41,048 nucleotides of DNA, from positions 99,324,731-99,365,778 of the forward strand of contig NC_068982.1 in assembly GCF_001194135.2 (NCBI RefSeq), written 5' to 3'. This document shows positions 23,478 through 32,034 of this stretch, piece by piece; within the stretch, counting starts at the first letter, position 1, and every line of letters starts with the position of its first letter. This stretch comes from Octopus bimaculoides. Its lineage: Eukaryota. Under the pieces are notes generated by a model, which saw only the letters and a program-made list of their open reading frames with translations, did not search any database and was not told the DNA's origin. Both the position numbers and the translations under genes were made by a program.

Positions 23478-23536
23478 TTCTTCTTCTTCTTCTTCTTCTT
23501 CTTCTTCTTCTTCTTCTTCTTCTTTCATCATCATCT

Positions 23537-23594
<58 letters not shown>
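23478..23594. repeat. compound (TTC)n + (ATC)n microsatellite
   Basis: Direct reading; it truncates the mariner transposase C-terminus and generates the poly-F/S and poly-M/R ORF tails. Confidence 0.95.
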
Positions 23595-23595
<1 letters not shown>

Positions 23596-24561
23596 TTTTT
23601 CTGAAATGTCAGTTTCGACCTCCTCCTGGCTTGCGAAAGTTATGTCCCTCAAATGATTCTGTAAACTACGAAATAAATGGTAGTTTGAAGGGGCAAGATC
23701 GGGAGAATAAGGTGGATGAGGAATTTTTTCCCAACCAAGCTCTTCGATCTTCTGTGATGCGATCTTTGCAGTGTGGGATCGCGCATTATCCTTATGAAAC
23801 ATCACTCCTTTTCGATTCACTGAAGCGGATCTTTTTTTTTTTTTCAAAGCTTGGTTCAAACGCTCTAATTGCTGAGAGTAGACTTGAGCATTGATTGTTG
23901 CATTAGGTGGTAACAATTCAAAGTGAATTACTCCTTAGCAATCCTACCAGATAGAGAGAAGAACCTTTTTTCAATGAAGTTTCCTTCTCGGTTGTGGTTG
24001 AGCTTTTTCCCTTTTACCAGGCCACTGTTTACGACGTTTAACATTTCGATAGAAGATCCGTTTTTCGTCACCAGTCACAAGTCTATCCAAAAAGGGTGAA
24101 ATGAGTTCGCGAGAATGGAGAGAAGAGCAGATGTCAACTCAGGATTTGCGGTTGCTTTCGGACAATTCATGAGGCATACATTTTCCAAGTTTAGGAACGT
24201 TTCCAAGTTGTTGAAGATACGATGAACAGTTGTATGGTTTGAACTCTGCAAGTTCTTTCATTCAAGCATTCTTTCCCATAAACTGTGTGTATGTTTCGAG
24301 TCGCTTCGACTGCAGAGTTTCCTTTTTTATACTCATAAAGCATTATGTGCCTTAAATACTCTCTGGATACTACCATGTTAGAAAGGGTTTTAATCAAAGA
24401 AATTTTAATTCTATTATTCTGTAAAATAATATTTAATTAGTTTAAATGTACGCAAATGCATAAAAATAGTTTTAAATTCCATTAGACATTCTAAAATACT
24501 CTTAAATTTCATTCAATTTTTTAAAAAGGTAAAATCGGACAGAACTTATGGGATGACTTGA
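23595..24561 (-). mobile_element. mariner DD34D transposon remnant with 5' TIR
   Basis: TA|TCAAGTCATCCCATAAGTTCTG TIR; MVVSREYLRHIMLYEYKKGNSAVEATRNI, LVTGDEKRIFY, MFHKDNARSH, HPPYSPDLAPSNYHLFRSLQNHL (third D changed to N). Internal deletion and stops. Confidence 0.93.
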
Positions 24562-24841
24562 TAATTGTATTTTTTTGTCATTGTTTCTATAAATAATGTC
24601 CGTCTATTTCTTCATATCTATTTTTTCTATTTATTTTCTCTGTTGTCTCTTTTCGCTTTTATTGATATTGTTATTTCTGTTATCTATACAAGACTGCAGG
24701 GGTGAATGTTTCCTTTCAGCTACTCTGAGTTGATAAAATATATTCTAGTCATATACAGTGGTTGATTATTCAATCGATCGTACTCACGTCGTAATAAATT
24801 TGTAATCATGAGTCAATATGAGGGTTCGTTATACCATTGAA

Positions 24842-25013
24842 AAAGCGGCGAGCTAGCAGAATCGTTAGCTCATCGGACAAAATGGTTAATGGTATTTCTT
24901 CTGACTCTTTATGTACTGAGTTCAAACTCCATCGAGGTCACCTTTGCCTTTCATTTTTTCGGGGTCTATTAAAAAAAGAAAAAGACAAACAAACCTAGGG
25001 TCAATGTAATCGA
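24842..25013 (+). mobile_element. SINE family A, degraded
   Basis: GCGGCGAGCTAGCAGAATCGTTAGC...GAGTTCAAACTCCATCGAGGTCACCTTTGCCTTTCA. Confidence 0.85.
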
Positions 25014-25223
25014 AAGGGACAACCACAAAGTCTTGAAAGCAAGACAGCTCCATCGTCAACCATTCCAAAAACAGAACCCAGGATGAGAGTCCAGTGACCA
25101 AGACAATGACATTGATAACAACGTGATGGTGGTGGTGGTGGTGGGTATTGTTTGGGGTGGAGGTAGCCAGTTGTATTGTTGTTGCTCTTTAGTCCCAAAT
25201 TAATCCTCATTTACCTAATAGCG

Positions 25224-25407
25224 TTTCTTCCATAGGCACAAGGCCTGAAATTTTGGGTAAATTACATCAATCTCAGTGTTCAACTGGTACTTATTTTATC
25301 TACCCTGAAAGGATGAAAGACAAAGCTGACCTCGGCGAAGTCTGAACGCACAGCGTAAAGACGGACGAAATGCTGCTAAACATTTTGCTCGGCGTGCTAA
25401 CGATTCT
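25224..25407 (-). mobile_element. SINE family A (AGGCCTTGTGCCTA tail), head clipped
   Basis: Reverse-complement match to 187-410 including its tail. Confidence 0.88.
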
Positions 25408-25640
25408 TATTACTTTACTGCCCACAAGGGGCTACACACAGAGGGGACAAACAAGGACAGACAAAGGGATTAAGGCGATTATATCGACCCCAGTGCGTAA
25501 CTGGTACTTATTTAATCGACCCCGAAAGGATGAAAGGCAAAGTCAACCTCGGCGGAATTTGAACTCAGAACGTAGCGGCAGACGAAATATCGCTAAGCAT
25601 TTCGCCCGGCGTGCTAACGTTTCTGCCAGTTCGCCGCCTT
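25407..25640 (-). mobile_element. SINE family A, full length, alternative tail (GTCCCCTCTGTGTGTAGCCCCTTGTGGGCAGTAAAG)
   Basis: Intact head GGCGGCGAACTGGCAGAAACG and B-box GAGTTCAAATTCC. Confidence 0.92.
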
Positions 25641-25683
25641 TCATTGAGCTAATGTCAAAGACGCTCATTCCCCAATGAACCTC

Positions 25684-25821
25684 ATCTTTTAGTTACATCC
25701 TATCCTCCTGGAATTCTGAACTTGGCAATGCATTATTTTAAAAGTTAAAACTTACATGTGGCTTTCTCCGGGACAGCAGTGTGAAGTTCAGAATTCCAAG
25801 AGTATAGGATTTAACAAAGAT
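25684..25821. repeat. 138-bp hairpin / MITE-like element with about 39-bp inverted arms
   Basis: ATCTTTTAGTTACATCCTATCCTCCTGGAATTCTGAACTT (25684-25723) vs revcomp of 25784-25821, ATCTTTGTTAAATCCTATACTCTTGGAATTCTGAACTT. Confidence 0.75.
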
Positions 25822-26358
25822 ACGAAGTTGACTGACGTTCAGTGAGGAAAAAGTGTACAGTATGTCCTTGATGTTAGGCCAACGAGGCATGACTTGACAC
25901 TAAATAGCAGCGGCAATATAACTGACTACCTCCACCGCAAACAATACCCTCACCATCACGTTGATACGTGCAGTTAACACACGTTGTTATAGATGTTATT
26001 GCCATGATCATCGGGCTGCACCCAGTGATGCTTTCTCCCCGCATCTCTTCTCTATTGCGTACTTTGGGAATGGTTGCGAATGTGTGAGAATGTATATATG
26101 CATCTGCCTATTTAGATATGAAAAGGTATGGCCTTGAACCTCTGTACTCTGTTTGTTTCTGTCCTTTAGATTTAGCCATGCCAGAGATATTGTCGATAAT
26201 TTGCATAACGGAAATATATATTAAACATTTAATATTATTCTTTGTTGTATTTGGGGACGGTCATGTTGCCAGTTTAGCCAATAGAAACACACGCACTATA
26301 TATTTGGTATTAATTTGCTTCAGCTTTATATTATATTACATTACATTAATCATATTTC

Positions 26359-26403
26359 GGCCAGAATTCTTTCGTCACACTTCTGTGACCTCATCAGTGG
26401 TCC
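26359..26403 (-). ncRNA. minimal type I hammerhead ribozyme-like motif (Penelope/retrozyme type)
   Basis: Minus strand reads GGACCA CUGAUGA G GUCACA-GAAG-UGUGAC GAAA GAAU UC UGGCC: both core boxes, a perfect 6-bp stem II, a UC cleavage site and stem I GG(A)CCA/UGGCC. Confidence 0.65.
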
Positions 26404-26840
26404 TTTGTTTTCTTCTTTCTTATTTGTGTGTCTCTCCTTGCTAACGATCAGCCATTTTGTAGTTTGTATTCCTATTGTATGTGTCTACATTTGCGCATGC
26501 GTATCCCTCTATGTGTGTCTATGTTTGTCTATGTTTTGTAAGTGCATGTGTGTGTATGGGGAGTCACTAAACACCAAGAGGTGGATTAACAAGACTATAC
26601 AATTTTTCAACCAGCTGTTATGTAATCCTGACAGTATTTTACTGAAAGGCGTATATGTTTTATAAAACATAAAATATATATGTTTCCCGTATTATATTAA
26701 TACTCTTACGTGGTTCATATTCCAAACAGCAGCCTAATCCGTGGTTTGATGCACCGTGTCATACCGGACTGGATATAGGAGTGGGACATAAGACCTACCA
26801 AACAGCCTTAACTTTGGTTACGGTTCGCGTTTCACAGCAC

Positions 26841-26855
26841 TTATCTATCTATCTG

Positions 26856-26918
<63 letters not shown>

Positions 26919-27003
26919 GCCTGCCTGCCTGTCTGTCTGCCTGCCTGCCTGTCTGTCTGTCTGTCTGTATGTATGTCTGCCTGCCTGTCTGTCCGTCTGT
27001 CTA
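26841..27003. repeat. compound (TATC)/(TGTC)/(TGCC) tetranucleotide array
   Basis: Direct reading. Confidence 0.95.
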
Positions 27004-27111
27004 CACACGAACGCACACGCACGAACGCACGCACCCCCCACACTGACCAGAAACTTCTTAATTATTTAACTATTGACAATAATGAATTGAAATTTTTGGT
27101 AACCTTTATCG

Positions 27112-27254
27112 AGTACATTGAGCTACTGTTGTAAATTTGGTTTTCTTGACGAGCGCAGAGGAAAAGAATAACCTAATGGAGACTATATCTCAGGGTTATG
27201 GATTGCAATAAGAAATTTGTGCTAGATGATTCGTAAAGAAAGTCAAATGGTTTA
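27112..27254 (+). repeat. 143-bp unclassified direct repeat, copy 1
   Basis: Matches 30418-30560 with 8 substitutions and no indels by manual alignment. Confidence 0.9.
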
Positions 27255-27531
27255 ACCTCGTATTCAATTCTGTAAACCAATTTATCATTCAGCTGGAATT
27301 ATATTCTTAAAATATCCAATTTTATTCTTAAGATATCCAATTTTAGTTACCAGGATCTGTGACTGTATTATACATATTTGCCAATTAATTTCACCAGATT
27401 CTATTTAATTAAAATACAATCACCTTAACTATACCAAATTAATTTAATACAGAGAATTTCGCTAGCTTGTACTGGAACACCTCAAGCCCAACCATTTACT
27501 GAACAGAGTATATTACATAATTTTACATAAT

Positions 27532-27752
27532 AAAGCGGTGCTCCAGCATGGCCGCAGTCAAATGACTGAAACAAATAAAAGAAAAAAAGAAATATAGACG
27601 CAGGTGTGGCAGTGCGATAAGAAGTTTGCTTCCCAACTACATGGTTCAGCTCCATTGCGTGACACCTTGAGCAGGTGCTTTCAACTACAGCCACGAGCTG
27701 ACCAAAGTCTTGTGAGTGCATTTGGTAGACGGAAACTGAAAGAAGCCCGTCA

Positions 27753-27818
<66 letters not shown>

Positions 27819-27830
27819 CATGTGTGCGTG
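27532..27830 (+). mobile_element. orphan SINE 3' tail followed directly by a degraded SINE family B head and (TATC)n
   Basis: Tail GCGGTGCTCCAGCATGGCCGCAGTCAAATGACTGAAACAAATAAAAGA (27535-27590); head-to-core from about 27600 to GGAAACTGAAAGAAGCCCGTC. Confidence 0.85.
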
Positions 27831-27866
27831 CGTGCGTGTGTCATTGTGTAGGAATATATATATACA

Positions 27867-28081
27867 CAAGGGGTACTGGAAAGTTCCTCACTTTAAAGGT
27901 ATCACCAAAGGCCTGGTTGGAGGCCCAACCTTCCGCGTTCTTTGACAGAGCTTAGAAAAACTGAAGGACAGCTGCAATAAGTGTGTGAATCTTAGAGGGG
28001 AATATGTTAAATAGAATCATAATTAACTGATCCTCCTGTATTTTCTTTTACTCAAAGCCAGGAACTTTTTAACACCCCTCG
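27867..28081 (+). mobile_element. 215-bp mariner-derived MITE, copy 1
   Basis: TIRs CAAGGGGTACTGGAAAGTTCC / GGAACTTTTTAACACCCCTCG|TA. The interior encodes the mariner C-terminus LEKLKDSCNKCVNLRGEYVK*. Confidence 0.88.
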
Positions 28082-28204
28082 TATATGCATGTGTGTTTGT
28101 GAGGTGGGAGTGCTGATAAAAAAGCCTTTTAGTCTATGAACTACTGACAATTAGACAGTGAAACTGAACCCGAAACGAACTCCTTAACTACATAACCATG
28201 CTTG

Positions 28205-28254
28205 CTCCTATCTTTCTTTCTCTGTCTGTCTGTCTGTCTTTCCGTCTGTCTGTC

Positions 28255-28300
<46 letters not shown>

Positions 28301-28310
28301 NNNNNNNNNN

Positions 28311-28385
<75 letters not shown>

Positions 28386-28440
28386 TATATATATATATGC
28401 ACACACACACATACACACACACCTATATACATAGACATGC
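28205..28440. repeat. (TCTG)/(TC)n/(CA)n compound microsatellite with small gap
   Basis: Direct reading. Confidence 0.95.
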
Positions 28441-29183
28441 ATATGCGGAAATACCCACAAACGCGTCTCATATAATATTACAAATAATATCTGGTAAGTA
28501 TAGCGAAAATGTTTCTTAGACAAAGCATTTTAGTAGAACATTCGGTAAATATGGAGAAAAAAAATTATATTTGACGCGATAATACAGACTACATTGAATT
28601 AAAACGGATGGATATTCGGAGATAAATTAAAATATGCATAGCATACATATTAAGTATTTTCTCCTGGCACAAGCCTATTACATAGCAGAATTCACAACTT
28701 ATAAATGTGACCGAAGATGCCAAAAGTTTGGGAATCTTGAAGGAACTTTTGTCAAAATAGAGAAGAAAAAAATATAGAGGTTCTATTGAAAGAAACAAAG
28801 ATAAAAACTTTTAAGAAATGAAATGCTGTCAGAAATATTTCATAGATATGACTGAACCCGGAAATATATATATATATATANNNNNNNNNNNNNNNNNNNN
28901 NNNNNNNNNNNNNNNNNNNNNNNNNNNNNNNNNNNNNNNNNNNNNNNNNNNNNNNNNNNNNNNNNNNNNNNNNNNNNNNNNNNNNNNNNNNNNNNNNNNN
29001 NNNNNNNNNNNNNNNNNNNNNNNNNNNNNNNNNNNNNNNNNNNNNNNNNNNNNNNNNNNNNNNNNNNNNNNNNNNNNNNNNNNNNNNNNNNNNNNNNNNN
29101 NNNNNNNNNNNNNNNNNNNNNNNNNNNNNNNNNNNNNNNNNNNNNNNNNNNNNNNNNNNNNNNNNNNNNNNNNNNNNNNNNNN

Positions 29184-29330
29184 TGTGTGTGTGTGTGTGT
29201 TTCCCCCCCCCCACCACCACCACCATCACTTGACAACCGATGTTTGTGTGTTTACGTCCCCATAACTTAGCAGTTCGGGAAAAGACCGATAAAATAAGTA
29301 CTAGGCTTACAAAGAATAAGTCCTAGGGTC
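29184..29330 (+). mobile_element. SINE family B, 3' half
   Basis: CTTGACAACCGATG..GTGTTTACGTCCCCATAACTTAGCAGTTCGG..AAGAATAAGTCCTAGGGTC matches 2900-3020. Confidence 0.88.
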
Positions 29331-29914
29331 TGTTTTCAAATGTAATTCAAGAAAATTGAAGAGGCAAATTTACTTAATCTTGGTTTATTCATTTTGCCCC
29401 AGTTAGCTTTGTCTTTTATACACTCAAAGAAACGGAGATAATTTTCTGAAAAAGTGTTCAGATTATCTTATAGTATTTTTCATGCATTTAAAGAATGTCG
29501 TTTGCTTAACTGATATAGTTTTTGTAAGGTAGTGACCGTTTGTAAACAAAACAATTTTTCGAAGTCAAAAATACAGTAAAATATCATTGTGCTCCTCACT
29601 CCTATATTTGTATATTGTGTTTGATTAATATACATAATGAATATAATACTGCTTATAATATAGTAATCAATCTCTACTGCTGTATAATATAAGGTGTTAA
29701 TTTTGTCCTAATATCTTTGAGTGTGTCTATCTATCTAATTGTTTTGCTGGGATGAAAAAAAAGTAGCTTAACTAAACAGATCAAACGTGATATAGATAGA
29801 CAGATGTAGTGCAACGTTTTCAACGTTAGATTAACTGTTCTGGCTCAGTGGGTCTATTTATTAGGCTTCAGATTTGCGCATTTGATGTATCACTTTACGT
29901 TGAAAACATTGGCA

Positions 29915-30007
29915 ACATACATACATACAAACATACATACATACATACATACATACATACATACATACATACATACATACATACATACATACATACATAC
30001 ATACATA
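29915..30007. repeat. (CATA)n microsatellite
   Basis: About 23 units with one interruption. Confidence 0.97.
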
Positions 30008-30390
30008 ACCGTGCTGGCACAGTTGTGGAAATCAGCTGCCCAGAGGATGTTAACATAAAGCGAAAGAACAGCGAAAAAGAAAATACCTACGCTGAACTAT
30101 TGAGGAATCTACAGCTACTCTAGTCAGATTACAAGTTCAGGTTTATACCTGTAATTATTGGGGCGTTGAGATATGTAACACACTGCCTCAATACCAATCT
30201 TTAGAAATAAAGCTTCTCAGAACCAGAAAGAAGAGAGCTGATTCGAAGACTATAGATCCAATCCATTACTGGAACTGTAAAAATTTGTAAAACTTTGTAG
30301 TAGTTTATCATTTAAGTATATATCAACATGTCTAGACATGCAACTATATGCATGAGAGTACACACATAAAACAAAACATACAAATCTGCG
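30008..30390 (+). mobile_element. R4/Dong-like RLE retrotransposon, short 3' fragment
   Basis: TVVEISCPEDVNIKRKNSEKENTYAELLRNLQLL*SDYKFRFIPVIIGAL...SITGTVKICKT; homologous to 15190-15440. Confidence 0.85.
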
Positions 30391-30417
30391 CCCCAATAAT
30401 TACAGGTATAAACCTGA

Positions 30418-30560
30418 AGTACATCGAGCTACTGCTGTAAATTTAGTTTTCATGACGAGTGCAGAGGAAAAGATTAACCTAATGGAGACTATATCTCAGG
30501 GTTATGGATTGCAATAAGAAATTTGTGTTAGATGATTCGTAAAGAAAGTAAAATGGTTTA
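30418..30560 (+). repeat. 143-bp unclassified direct repeat, copy 2 (runs into N gap)
   Basis: See 27112-27254. Confidence 0.9.
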
Positions 30561-31131
30561 NNNNNNNNNNNNNNNNNNNNNNNNNNNNNNNNNNNNNNNN
30601 NNNNNNNNNNNNNNNNNNNNNNNNNNNNNNNNNNNNNNNNNNNNNNNNNNNNNNNNNNNNNNNNNNNNNNNNNNNNNNNNNNNNNNNNNNNNNNNNNNNN
30701 NNNNNNNNNNNNNNNNNNNNNNNNNNNNNNNNNNNNNNNNNNNNNNNNNNNNNNNNNNNNNNNNNNNNNNNNNNNNNNNNNNNNNNNNNNNNNNNNNNNN
30801 NNNNNNNNNNNNNNNNNNNNNNNNNNNNNNNNNNNNNNNNNNNNNNNNNNNNNNNNNNNNNNNNNNNNNNNNNNNNNNNNNNNNNNNNNNNNNNNNNNNN
30901 NNNNNNNNNNNNNNNNNNNNNNNNNNNNNNNNNNNNNNNNNNNNNNNNNNNNNNNNNNNNNNNNNNNNNNNNNNNNNNNNNNNNNNNNNNNNNNNNNNNN
31001 NNNNNNNNNNNNNNNNNNNNNNNNNNNNNNNNNNNNNNNNNNNNNNNNNNNNNNNNNNNNNNNNNNNNNNNNNNNNNNNNNNNNNNNNNNNNNNNNNNNN
31101 NNNNNNNNNNNNNNNNNNNNNNNNNNNNNNN

Positions 31132-31983
31132 TTAAATTACACAAAAATAAAAATAGCACTGACATCTCATTTTAACAGATATATTTATCAAAATTACATT
31201 AAAATATTTTGAAATGCTAAAGAGAAAATTTATTCAATAAAATCGCTATTGGCTTCAACCACGGCCTCCATACCACTTCGGAATTTTCTGCGACTCTTCT
31301 GGACTGTCTCCTTGTTTAAGTTGGGGAAAGCTGCCATAATCCTTGCCTTCAGTTCATCTTTGGTGTTACAAGGAGTTTTATTGGTCTCTCGCTCAACTGC
31401 ACCCAACAATAAATAATCAAGGGGTTGCAGTTTGGGGAGTTAGGTGGCCAGATGTTAGGGATGACGTGGTCGCAGAAATTGTTTGACAGCCATGACTGGG
31501 TTCTTCCGCTTGTGTGGCATGATGCAGAGTCCTGTTGCCAGACATAGGGTCTTCCAGCAGTCACCCCCTTGACACTATCTCCTCCAAGCACTTGATGTAG
31601 GCTTTCGTGTTGAGTGTGAGGCCGTGTGGAAACATGAATAGAGGCATAACATCGCCATCACTAGTGATCACTCGAAACACCATGATGTTGACTGGATGTT
31701 TGATTTTCATCACCCTTGGTACATGTTTTGGGGACACGGCAAAGCGATGGTTGTTCTGTGTGTTCACCATCTGTTCGTATTGGAGCTTCCGGCGCGAATG
31801 CCAAGCAGTACAGCATGTAGTTTTCAAATTTGTGGCAGAATGAATTGTGTCATGGTACTGTTTCTCTCATAGACGGTGCCCAACTGACCCTACTATACTG
31901 TGTAGTCGACAAAATCAAAAGCAAACGATATGCATGCACGAAATAAAAAATATAAAATTGCGACAATTTACCTATCGCACCTG
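31132..31983 (-). mobile_element. DD37D (maT-like) Tc1/mariner element, internally deleted
   Basis: TA|CAGGTGCGATAGGTAAATTGTCGC TIR; KHPVNIMVFRVITSDGDVMP, AGRPYVWQQDS + 37 residues + D after correcting one frameshift (NCNPLDY), EAVVEANSDFIE* (stop 31230-32). Confidence 0.9.
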
Positions 31984-31992
31984 TATATGTTA

Positions 31993-32034
<42 letters not shown>

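Noticed and set aside
23412-23894. 160-aa + strand ORF with a signal-peptide-like start
   Set aside because: Antisense to the mariner transposase plus (TTC)n/(ATC)n translation.
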